From: a virus
IMG/VR virus record: IMGVR_UViG_3300025280_000022
DNA length: 64,000 nt
Direction: 5' to 3' (one strand)
Made by a program: the position numbers and the translations under genes. Positions 52,969-63,583 of the stretch are shown here, in pieces. The first letter of the stretch is position 1; every line of letters starts with the position of its first letter. Under the pieces are notes generated by a model that ran no database searches, had not been told where the DNA came from, and worked only from the letters and a program-made list of their open reading frames with translations.

Positions 52969-55106
52969 ATTCTTTAATCTAAATTAATAAATATATAATG
53001 ACACTCGCAACAGTAGAAACTCAAGCACCAGCAACAACGCTAGTCAATTCAATCAACAAAGCAAATGAAGCGCAAGTGGATGCTTCTTGGGCGATTCTTA
53101 AATACAAAGAAATTGGCATTTACCGAAAGGTCGCTTGCCTCTCACAACTTCTTGATGTTGATTTTAATGTTGTACTGGATGAGCTTCCGCAAGATGAAGA
53201 TGGCAGGATTTTGGATTACAAGACAAGGCATATCATACATGATGCTCTTATCGAAGTCTCATAATTAAATATAAATTAAATAAAGAGCTTACAATCTATT
53301 CTTCCATCAGCATATAATGGAAAATAAAAAAATCCCCATTCGTTATTTGGTTTACAATAGCAAAGGAGCATGGCAAGCATCCTATTCAACACAACTTGGA
53401 GCCAAGACAGCTTACAGATATGCAAAGATGTGTGTGATGCAAATGGGCGGTGAAATATTCGCAACCTTTCCCCATGATCCGCATACAGAAATCAGTATCT
53501 TCAAACACAAGAATAAAAAGCCTTTGAAGAAATAAATCCTTGACTTTGATAATTATTTACCATATACTTGATAGATAATAAAGGAACAAGCAAAAAGCAA
53601 CTGACTTGCGTAACTTATATAATAAAGGAAAAAACACTAACAAATTGCAGAGAAATAGAATATCGCAAAATACTTTAGGGTAGTGCGAAATCTCTAATTA
53701 TCGCAAATAACTATATAATTAATATTATGAAATTGCAAATTGATAACTATCGTATTAGTAAATTGGATGATTTAAATGTTGTTATTGAACAGTATATTAA
53801 ACTTAATCCTCGTAATCCTTTTGGCAGACATGGCAGTAAAGGAAAAGCGAAACCAACTACAAATAAATTTAAATGGGTTAGGCTTGGTTACTATGCAACA
53901 TTGGCAGAAGCACTAAATAAATTAGTAAATCATAAACTCCTGTCTGTTGATGGCGAGCAAACTGCACAAGATTTGTTGTCAAGTTTGGCGCAACTCAAAG
54001 AAGAAATATTGGAAAAAGTTAGTGAAAAAAGTGGCTGGTAGACCGCCGAAACTTTATCGAATTTTTCATTAAATTAGCCCCATTTTAAACAATTTAGGCG
54101 AAATAACAATATAAAATGAGTATTTTGAAGAAATTTGGATTTGCCATTATTTGGTGTATATTTGGTTGCGGATGCGTTTTTAACCGCCCTCAACAAATAG
54201 ATTTAAATAATAAGCCTCAATATTATGCCAGCTTACATTACGAAGCGCAAATAAATAAAATTTACCAAGAGAAAAATGGTAATTGGAGAGTCGCAAAACA
54301 AACTAATATAAATGCAAATAAATATTGGAAAGCCTATCTTGATGCTCGTCATAATAGTGAGCGCACTCACCTCTTGCACAACAACAAATAACAGGCAGGG
54401 AAATCACAGAGGCGGTCAAGTCACCCACTTTTCGCAGAAGTCCGAAATAACTAATACAAGAGAACTAGAAATAAGAAAACCAACTTTACAAAAACTAAAA
54501 GTGATACAGCCGAAAATAGTTAAAGCGAAAACTACAAATAAAGAAGAAGCAAATACTTCTGAAGTAAAGCGAAATAAAGATAACTTAAACAAAGTCGCCG
54601 AATTAATTGAAGAAGAAAAACCATATGATAGGATGAACATGATTATGTTTTGGTTAGCCCTATTAAGCTCCAGCGTTTTGATCTGGTGTTCCGTATGGTT
54701 CGTTGGGCGCAGTCTCCTTAAATGAAATGGTCACCAGAACACGATAGATACGTAGTAAAGAAAAATAAGAGCATGAACGACCAGAGAAACCTCTTACAAA
54801 AAGAAGATAGACTTTTACTCTGGATAACAATAGCAATGAGTATATTTTATGTTGGACTTGGACTGGTTTATTGGCTATGGTCGAAATAATACATAGTTAT
54901 AAAATAAATAACTTCCATCGCTCTGGCATACAAATAAAAGAAACAACAAATAATACAATAAGCCTCACCTTAATTTCAAGCAATAAACTTGGAAATAAAC
55001 TTCAATCAATCAGCTTCACACCAAGCGAGTTGAAAGAAATAAATTGTGCAATAACAAAAATGCAAAAAGCTCTTGACTCACAAGATAGTTCTGGTAACAT
55101 TGAAGA

Positions 55107-55547
55107 ATGAAAAATAAGAAAAGCAATATTCTCACCTACTTAATTGTATTATTTTTTTTGGTAGGTTGTGCCGACGATAAACTAGAGAAGACCAACGCCA
55201 AGTTAGCGGAGGATCTTGAGAACAAGGATAGGGAGCTACAACAGAAAGAGCTTCAGCTTCAAGCGCAGACTACCGAAATACATCGACTAAACGTCCCTCC
55301 GCCCGATCTTCTACGCAAGATGGGAGGGCTTCCAGAAGCCTCCAATGCCAAATATGAAATAAGGATAAAGAATGATGCACAAGATGAGCGTCTTGCTGTT
55401 ACATCTGATCTGGAGTGGGCAAAGAAATATGTCGAACGCTACATGGAATATCATGGCGACCTTGTAGTATATGAATTAAAGTCAGGAAAAGCTTTATACT
55501 ATTGGAACAAAACAAATAAAAGCGAAATAACTCTTGACAAACAATAA
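55107..55547 (+). CDS. Lipoprotein (paralog family)
   Basis: FLVGC lipobox; KYEIR...VYELKSGKALYYW. Confidence 0.6.
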   Translation: MKNKKSNILTYLIVLFFLVGCADDKLEKTNAKLAEDLENKDRELQQKELQLQAQTTEIHRLNVPPPDLLRKMGGLPEASNAKYEIRIKNDAQDERLAVTSDLEWAKKYVERYMEYHGDLVVYELKSGKALYYWNKTNKSEITLDKQ

Positions 55548-55562
55548 AATTTATAGTATAAT
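55534..55562 (+). promoter_or_regulatory. Perfect sigma70 promoter driving non-coding RNAs
   Basis: TTGACA-N17-TATAAT. Confidence 0.85.
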
Positions 55563-55583
55563 ATACTTATAATAATTGAGAAA

Positions 55584-55654
55584 GGTTAATTAGCTGGAGT
55601 TCAACATCCCAATCCTTTAAGTAGGATTTCAGATTGCTAGTCCAGTAAATAACC
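55584..55654 (+). ncRNA. Orphan TIGR-like guide unit (spacers acatcccaa / gattgctag)
   Basis: ggttaatta-g-ctgga GTTCA N9 tcct-ttaagt-agga TTTCA N9 tccag-taaataacc. Confidence 0.75.
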
Positions 55655-55714
55655 GAAGTTCTTTTGACAGATTTTTAATTTTCACTTTTGCTTGGCGGCG
55701 GCCGAGTAAAAAAA

Positions 55715-55878
55715 GAGGGTGACAGAATAACGGTTTGATACTCGTCGTAATGTGCGCTACCTATCCCCCAGAGGGCAATCGCTTGAGGGATAAGTGTTAG
55801 GGGCGGCTCGAAGTAGGTAACTAGACATTAGTTTATCCCGAAAAGTTGGAGGTAATAATGAAGACCTTCCCCTCGCCA
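55715..55878 (+). ncRNA. Unidentified structured RNA with a tRNA-like 3' end
   Basis: No ORF; GAGGG/CCCTC closing stem followed by GCCA; internal helices TAATGT/ACATTA, TACCT/AGGTA, TATCCC/GGGATA, GGAGGT/ACCTTC. Confidence 0.55.
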
Positions 55879-55886
55879 ATTTTCTT

Positions 55887-55916
55887 AACCGCTTCAGCAA
55901 TCGCTGGGGCGGTTTT
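55887..55916 (+). terminator. Intrinsic terminator
   Basis: AACCGCTTCAGC-aatc-GCTGGGGCGGTTTT. Confidence 0.75.
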
Positions 55917-56303
55917 ATAATTTATAACAATGAATGAAGTAATAATATATGTAGTGTTGGTTTGCCTGTATGCTTATTATCTTACGACTAAATAAGATGC
56001 TAGGTTGAAATAATCTATGCCAAATAATAGTATATAGAGTGAAAAAATGGAAAGCTACCTTATGGGAAACCCCTCGTTCTTGCGGGTCTCCCATACCCAA
56101 GGGAATCAAGGGTCTCAATCAGTTTCCAGTTGATACAGTCTTATTGACTAAAAAATGTTATTCAACTGCGGAAGATATTTTCTTCACGGAACGACATTGG
56201 GGAACAAGAGAGAGGGAGCATCTTCATATTGAGATAGAGGAATTGCCTCGTATTGTTGAAACTGGGGCTTGACATTCTCCACAGACCTGTCATAATGATA
56301 GGT

Positions 56304-56813
56304 ATGAAATTGATTACGGCTCAAAGATTATGCGTTCGCCTGATGGAGAAATTTGATATTCTCGGACAAGGCGAGGAAAAATGGAAATGGGGCGGCTTTA
56401 ACAATAAGCGAGCAAATTGCGGTGAATGTTATACTGCCCTAGGTCATCGTAAGATTATGCTTTCCAAGCATTACGTTGTGGCAAATCCCGAAAAAAACGT
56501 AAGGAATACAATCCTACATGAGATTGCTCACGCACTAGATACCGAAGAACGAGGCGACTCATGGCACGATGCAAATTGGCGTAAATGGTGCAGGTTCGTT
56601 GGTTGTCGTGAAGATCGAATCAATGATGAAGCTATCGTCAAATATAAGTACAACGATGCGTGTTGTGGTTCAGAGTTTGGGCGGCATCGCATAAGTAGCA
56701 ACCATGCTTACAGTTGCAGTAGTTGTGGCAGATCATTGTTTGTTAAGCGTGTAAAGAAGAACACCGCACACAAATATAAGCTCAAGCTAGAAGATTTAAT
56801 ATCAGTAAGATGA
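56304..56813 (+). CDS. SprT-like zinc metalloprotease
   Basis: TILHEIAHA, H...W, C-terminal CxxC. Confidence 0.85.
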   Translation: MKLITAQRLCVRLMEKFDILGQGEEKWKWGGFNNKRANCGECYTALGHRKIMLSKHYVVANPEKNVRNTILHEIAHALDTEERGDSWHDANWRKWCRFVGCREDRINDEAIVKYKYNDACCGSEFGRHRISSNHAYSCSSCGRSLFVKRVKKNTAHKYKLKLEDLISVR

Positions 56814-57418
56814 GAACCCCAGACAATATTCACTTACGATCCTGCAAAGAGCAAATCCAAAAAGAAATACAAGAACTTTCAGCATTAAAGCTTGCACCAT
56901 CAATAATTAAAGACCTTTGTCAAATAGTAGAAAATAACTTCAAGGACTTGGAATGAAAAATCAAATCAAATATAGTGAAATAAGAGATTGGGTAGTTAAT
57001 TATCTTGAACATTGTAGCAAAGAAGATATTGTTAGATTATATGCGCAGGTGGAGTTAGGGAAGCGGTGGCGCTCCGAGCTGACTTATCTTGATATAGAAT
57101 GGGATGAATAATATGAGAAAACAAATCAAATATAGTCAAATATATGCTGATGTACTAGAAACCCTTGGAGGCGACCTTGCTTCTAGTTTTTTCTATGTTC
57201 CCAAAAAAGTTGTTGTGAGGATGTGGGTAAAATTGCCTAACCCCATGTGGGTAGGGAGGACGGACGATCTGGAAATTATCTATGATATGTGAAAAGTTAA
57301 TCGCATAGAAAATTTTGCCCCCCCGCCCGCCGCCAGCCCGCTTATAGAGCCAAATGGGGAGATAACTTTATTCATTTTTGGACTTGACTTAATCAAAAAA
57401 AATGTCATAATTAAAGGC

Positions 57419-57865
57419 ATGAAAGATAGGGAAATAGATTGGGATCGCAGAGTATACGTTTATCGCAACCTGCATAAAAACTGCTGGTCTGTGCGACAGA
57501 ACGGCCTGATTGTTCAACATACTAAAGAAGTTTCGTTGAAAGACGTTCGTTTCTTAGTGGGTCAAACTGGACGCAAGAAAGTTTTAAAAGAAAAGCGTAA
57601 GAATGTTCATGCTGGCATTTCAGGTTACCTTATGGGGTTTCGTGAGTCACACAAAGATATTAATGTTCCGAGATCACCAGCGGCAGCATTTTTCCCTAAC
57701 TCGGCACAGGTTGTTTACAATCCCTACAAGTACAAGACTTTTGTACGCATCCCAGAATACTCGTGGTCGCTCGTAAAAACGCAAGATCTAACGCCTGTAA
57801 AAAAGGCATCTTTCGCCTCTTTAAGCATTGACAATGGCGTGTTTGCCTATATGATAGAAGAATGA
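57419..57865 (+). CDS. Conserved phage hypothetical protein
   Basis: VYVYRNLHK.CWSVR..KRKNVHA..YNPYK motif. Confidence 0.6.
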   Translation: MKDREIDWDRRVYVYRNLHKNCWSVRQNGLIVQHTKEVSLKDVRFLVGQTGRKKVLKEKRKNVHAGISGYLMGFRESHKDINVPRSPAAAFFPNSAQVVYNPYKYKTFVRIPEYSWSLVKTQDLTPVKKASFASLSIDNGVFAYMIEE

Positions 57866-59847
57866 AAATGTTAAAAGATTATACCGTTGTAAATGATGCG
57901 TCCCTGATCACGGACACCTTCTTGCAGGGTTACGTTATCAGCAGTTACCAGAACTTGGTAGACCTCTTTGGCGAACCCACCGTACAGTTCGATCCTTATA
58001 AAACCAGAGCCAACTGGGTGGTGCAGTTTGAAGATGGCGTGGTGGCAACCGTTTATGATTACAAGGTACACGGCAAGCCTATTGAGGAGGTTACCGAATG
58101 GAACGTGGGAGGAAAGTCCCATGTCGGTCACGATAGAATGATGGAACTCGTATATGGAGAAGTTTTCGATGACTCTGGTTTGTAATCCCCAGCTACAAGA
58201 ACACCTCGACCATGAGTTTGGGGCGCAGTACGATGATGTGCGTGAACGCTACGCAAACGAGATTCAAGACATGAGAGATTACGAAGAATCCGAGCGAGAG
58301 TATTACGAGTATATGCAAAAAGTATATGAGGCAGGTTTCGGTGATGACGACCAAGCATACGAAAATTCATGGAAAAGAACTGAAGCATACTTTAACGAAC
58401 GTAACCTTAACTAACCAAAAAATGGACTACGATTACCTACAACTGCACCAAGACGACTACGGCTTCAACGTCAAGGCTTACAAAGCCGATGGTTATCCTT
58501 CATATTCCGTATGCGCTGGGATGACAAAGATTTCCTTTTTGGATTCTTTCAATTCCGAAGCCGAAGCGATTGAAGCGTACCCTGACCTCGTTGGTAGTGA
58601 TGGCGAAGTAAGTTATGGTTCTGCTTTCCTAGATGCCGACCTCAAGGACGTTTCCCACATTCCAGACACACCTGACCTATATATATAATGAAATTAGAAA
58701 AAACACACATGAAAACCTTGGCAGACTTGCGAGAGCAAATCCAAGAGGACATACTAACCTATATTGAATCAATACGAGTTACACAGTCGTGGAAAACTAT
58801 GGGCTTTCGGTACAAATCAGAGCTTTGTCAACTCGTAGGAGAAAGATTCAACCAATACACTAATGAATTACGATAGTTGCGAACATGAATACATGGAACT
58901 GAAGTCTCAATTCCATCAAGAAAGAATGCTTGAGCCGACAGAACCTCACGACAAAGGTTATCTTTTAGTAGACGACAATCAAGTGCAAGAGGCTATTGGT
59001 TTTCGTTCTATTGATGGGGCAGTCGAATACGCCTCGTCCCTTGAACATGACCACTATACAATCTATCAACTCAAAAAAGTATTATGATGACATCTCAATC
59101 AACTTTGGCCGTAAAGGGTTATATTATCGAGGAGGGCTTCCATCGTGAAAAGTGGCACCCTAAACAGCAGGCTTGCTGTGGCAACGGCAGGGCAACCCAT
59201 TATTATGACATTACCTACAAGGTGGATTATCGCATAACAAAATTCATCCGATTCGATAGGCTAGAACATAGGGAACAGTTTATTGAGTTACTGCACGAAG
59301 CAGGTTACAGATACGATGAGCTGTATGACAATCAACCCATCCCACCTCCACCAGGAGGAACAGTACGACCATGAAATACAGTGAACTATACTTTGAGAAA
59401 CACAATGACGATGAGATGAGTGCTTTTGCCCAACTCCTAGCTTACTTTCAGGCTTACTCAGTGAAGTTTGTCGTTGAGGATAGCCATACTTGTATTAAGC
59501 TCATGGTTCAGTGCACTGGGTGAAGTGAGTGATAGAGCGGGCTGGCGGCTGGCCGCCCCGCCCGCGCCGTGCCAATCCGCATGGATAGTGACTTTATTAG
59601 ACCGCCTTATTGAACCCATAGCTGAAAAAGTTTTTTTGTTTTTTGTGCGATTGCCCTTGACTTAATCGTAAAAGATGTCATACTTAAAGGTATGATAATT
59701 AAGGTAAGAAAGACAGGAATCTTTAGTAAAGCTCGCCCCTTCAAGCGTGTGAACAAAGTTCTCCCTCGCAAGCAAAAGCACAAGAAAAGGGTTGACATTT
59801 CCTAAAAAATCTATTTAATTAAAGGTAACAATTAAGCTAAAAAAACT

Positions 59848-60603
59848 ATGAAACAACTCAACCTATCAATCTGCGGTTCAGACCGCACCAAAGCAACCAT
59901 TGAAGATGTCCTCGCAGTCGAGACTCCTCAAAAGACCGACACGTGGACTCCTATCGGTCATGGTTTCCTCATCGACCAGACTCGCAAGCATCTTGACGAG
60001 AATGGTTTCGATGTTGTGGACGAAAATCACAACCTCGCTCGTTTTGGGCAACGCTATTTTGGTCTTATGCAAGTCCAAGATCGCAACGCTCCCGAAAATG
60101 CAGACAGGGCAACTGTCGTTGGTCTGCGGAATGGTCACGATAAGTGCTTTCCTGCTGGCATTATGGCTGGCGATGCTCCTTTCGTTTGCTCCAATCTCAT
60201 TTTCAGCAATGAGATCGTTATTGCTCGGAGGCATACCAAGAACATCGACAACATCAATGTAGCTGGCAACATCTTTATGAAGATTGCTAATGCCATTGGC
60301 AGGTTGCGTGAATCTTGGGTTGGTCAGGAAAAGCGTATTGACTCCTACAAGGAGTACGATCTTGGTTCCAACAAGGAGGCTAATGACCTCATCATCCGTG
60401 CGTATCAATCTGGTGCTTGCTCCAAGACCCAAATTGCTGACATTGTTGAGCAATGGAACAAACCCAACCACAACGAGTTTGCTGACCGCAACTTGTACTC
60501 TCTGTACAATTCGTTCAGCGAGGTCTGGAAGGGTAACTTGGGATTGCTTCCTGCTCGCTCGACTTCGCTCCACTCATTATTCGATGCAACTGCGGAGGCT
60601 TAA
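59848..60603 (+). CDS. DUF932-family protein
   Basis: TP..T.TW.PI.H, GLRNGHD, FVCSNL, RRHT, LYN.FSE. Confidence 0.7.
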   Translation: MKQLNLSICGSDRTKATIEDVLAVETPQKTDTWTPIGHGFLIDQTRKHLDENGFDVVDENHNLARFGQRYFGLMQVQDRNAPENADRATVVGLRNGHDKCFPAGIMAGDAPFVCSNLIFSNEIVIARRHTKNIDNINVAGNIFMKIANAIGRLRESWVGQEKRIDSYKEYDLGSNKEANDLIIRAYQSGACSKTQIADIVEQWNKPNHNEFADRNLYSLYNSFSEVWKGNLGLLPARSTSLHSLFDATAEA

Positions 60604-61040
60604 TCCTCCCAGTTGCCCATCCTTCAAGATTAACCTACTATATTAAAAGATATGAAAAACACTGCTCGTACTATTGACCAAGTTGTCAAGTCCTCACAAG
60701 GACGTTTCGTTTCGGTTCTCGTTTCACGTGGACTAAATCGCATCGCTCATTCGGCAAAGGTGAGTAGCGTAACTTCTGGTTACGTTTACTTTACCGATAC
60801 GAATAACGGTCGCCCCAACAGGCGTGTCGTTCGTGACCGTGTTCTGCGTGTCGCTTGTGGCAATGCGGTTTTCGCTCGTTCTTCGCTTTAATTAGCGGAG
60901 AATGCCCTCGGCTCCCAGCCCGCTCTATGAGCGGCCTGGCGGGCCGCGGCCCCGCCCGCCCAGCGGCAGACCGCATAAACACTGGGCTCAGGGCGAAAGT
61001 TTAGGGTTGACTTAAACGCAAAAACCTGCATAATTAAGGT

Positions 61041-61622
61041 ATGAAAATTAATCCTCAAGAAATCACCGATTACAAACGCACGACTGACGAACTGGAATTT
61101 TTCCTATTGTTCTGCGTGGTCGTTGCAGGTAAGACCTCCGACATTCAAGCTCGCAAGCTGGAGCAATGGTATGATGCTCGTTTTTATCAATGGCATTCTC
61201 CGTTCGATTATATCTCTAGTCTATTGAGTTCGGGTTTGCGTGGGTCTCTCGAAAACGTCAAGATGGGGCAGTATGGTCGTCTTGTTAACTCTTTTCGGGA
61301 TATAGTCTATCTTGGGCTTGACCTCAAGAAATGCTCGTTGCATGACCTATGCAAGATTCGTGGCATAAAGTTTAAGACGGCAAACTTTTTCCTGACTCAC
61401 TCAAGAAAGGATTACAATGTCCCTGTGTTGGACACTCATGTTCTTAAATTCTTGAAAGCTCAAGGAGTTAAAGATGTTCCCAAGGCTACGCCACAAGACG
61501 AAACGGATTACAATTTCTTTGCAGACCAGTTTGCCGAGATTGCCAAGGCGATGAAGATGTCCGTGGCAGACCTTGACCTTCAGGTTTGGAAACAATACTC
61601 AAAATCAACCATAAAGGCATAA
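61041..61622 (+). CDS. HhH-superfamily DNA glycosylase (copy 2)
   Basis: RGIKFKTANFFL, VLDTHVLKFL, DLDLQVW. Confidence 0.75.
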   Translation: MKINPQEITDYKRTTDELEFFLLFCVVVAGKTSDIQARKLEQWYDARFYQWHSPFDYISSLLSSGLRGSLENVKMGQYGRLVNSFRDIVYLGLDLKKCSLHDLCKIRGIKFKTANFFLTHSRKDYNVPVLDTHVLKFLKAQGVKDVPKATPQDETDYNFFADQFAEIAKAMKMSVADLDLQVWKQYSKSTIKA

Positions 61623-61882
61623 CATGATTGCAGAACCAGTAATGGAACCTTCCCTCTACGAACTCAAGTTGGCGTCCAAGACCTATGACCCAACCTATGA
61701 TGTGGAGTGGAACGAAGATGTGGACGCATGGACAACTCGTTTCGTTGACCACTACAACAAGGATGACACCATCGACTATATGTTTAATTCTAAAGAAAAA
61801 GCCGAGGAATTGCTTCTTCAGTTAATTTCATAAAAAACAAAAAAAGGCTTGACTTTAAGTCCAGACCTGTCATACTTTATAT

Positions 61883-63070
61883 ATGATAAAACTTGAAACA
61901 CTATACAAGGTAGATTCCGTGGGGAAGCTACGAGAATGGACAATGGTAATTGACAGCAATTCTTACCATGCCGTAAAAGGACTTGTGGACGGCAAGAAAA
62001 CCACAGACAAACCAAGAGTTGCCATTGGCAAAAACATTGGTCGCACAAATGCAACAACCAATGAAGAACAAGCGGGACTTGAGGCACAATCTCGTTGGGA
62101 AAAGAAATTGAAAGCAGGTTACGCCCAGACTCTCAAAGGAGCAGAGTCGAAAAAATTCTACGAACCGATGCTCGCCCAAAAGTTTGAGGACAGAGAAGCA
62201 ACATTGGAATATCCAGTTTATTCGCAACCAAAACTTGATGGGATTAGGTGCATCGTTCAGAAGAAGAATGGTAAGATTGTCTCACACACAAGAACTGGTC
62301 GCGAGATTGAAACAATTCCCCATATCCTTGAGGAACTGAAGTTTTTCTTTGACCTGTATCCAAACGCTGTTCTTGATGGCGAACTATACAATCACGCCCT
62401 AAAGAGCGATTTCAACAAGATTGTTTCCCTTGTGAGAAAGCAAGTGCCTGTTCGTTCTGAAAAGCAAACAGATAAGGCTTTTGCCAAAAAGGTGCAAGCC
62501 TTTAAGGAACGCATGGTAGAAGCAAAGGCAATGATTCAGTACTGGGTTTATGATTGTCCACGCATAGGGGAACTAGATGAATCAAACACATTTGCCGAAA
62601 GGTTTGAAAAGGTGTCGAACCAATTTGAATTGGGCAATCCTTTTCCAGACGGAATTGTGCTTGTGCCTACCGAAAACATTTCGGACAAGGAAACTCTTGA
62701 CGAATTTTATGCAGAGTGGCTCAAGAAAGGGTTTGAAGGTCAGATGGTTCGCAAGGATGCCTCATATGAAAACAAGCGGAGTGCTACCCTTTTGAAGCGT
62801 AAAGAGTTTACGGATGCGGAGTATAAGGTGCTTGATATTGAAGAAGGCGATGGCAATCGTACTGGAACTGTAAAGCATTTGGTATGCTATTGCCCCACAA
62901 CGGACAGAACCTTCAATTCCAACGTCAAGGGCAACTTTGAATATCTCAAGGAGATTCTGGACAATCGAGAATATTATATCGGTCAACTCGCAACCATAAA
63001 GTTTTTTGAGTTGACTCCTGATGGGATTCCTCGCTTTCCGTTTGCCATAGCATTTAGGGATTATGAATAA
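61883..63070 (+). CDS. ATP-dependent DNA ligase (copy 2)
   Basis: QPKLDGIR, LDGELY, FEGQMVR, LLKRKEF, PRFP; collinear with 44847. Confidence 0.92.
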   Translation: MIKLETLYKVDSVGKLREWTMVIDSNSYHAVKGLVDGKKTTDKPRVAIGKNIGRTNATTNEEQAGLEAQSRWEKKLKAGYAQTLKGAESKKFYEPMLAQKFEDREATLEYPVYSQPKLDGIRCIVQKKNGKIVSHTRTGREIETIPHILEELKFFFDLYPNAVLDGELYNHALKSDFNKIVSLVRKQVPVRSEKQTDKAFAKKVQAFKERMVEAKAMIQYWVYDCPRIGELDESNTFAERFEKVSNQFELGNPFPDGIVLVPTENISDKETLDEFYAEWLKKGFEGQMVRKDASYENKRSATLLKRKEFTDAEYKVLDIEEGDGNRTGTVKHLVCYCPTTDRTFNSNVKGNFEYLKEILDNREYYIGQLATIKFFELTPDGIPRFPFAIAFRDYE

Positions 63071-63496
63071 AACGAAGGACGAACTAACGCCAGAAGATCT
63101 TAAGGTCATACTTGATGTGCTTAACGTCTATGACCCTAATGATATCAAACACGTTTATTCGGCTATGGGTTCCCAGGAGTTTATAGCTGAAGTTAACGAC
63201 ACGTTTCAGAAAGTGTTATCCTTTGTAAAAAAAGGATTGACTCTTCGATCAAATCTGTCAAACTCAATACATGGAAATTCAACAACAGATTGCGATTGGC
63301 TCAAATGAAGTTGCCAACCTTATTGAACTGCACCAAGACCTATTAGAAGATAACGATAAGATTTGCCAAATCGTCCACATAGGTCGTTGCAGTCTAGAGT
63401 TTTTTATGGCATCTGGTAATGACACAAGAGCATTGTATGAGGTGCTTAATACCAGAATAAAACTTATGGAGTTTCTGGGCTTAATGTAATTTATTT

Positions 63497-63583
63497 GCCC
63501 GAGTGGTGGAATGGTAGACACTACGGACTTAAAATCCGTTGCCCCAACAAGGCGTGAGGGTTCGACTCCCTCCTTGGGCACCA
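63497..63583 (+). tRNA. tRNA-Leu(TAA)
   Basis: GCCCGAG..CTTGGGC-ACCA acceptor stem, anticodon arm ACGGA-CTTAAAA-TCCGT, long variable arm. Confidence 0.95.

Noticed and set aside
59878-60573. 231-aa minus-strand ORF
   Set aside because: Antisense shadow of the DUF932 gene, with no motifs or promoter.
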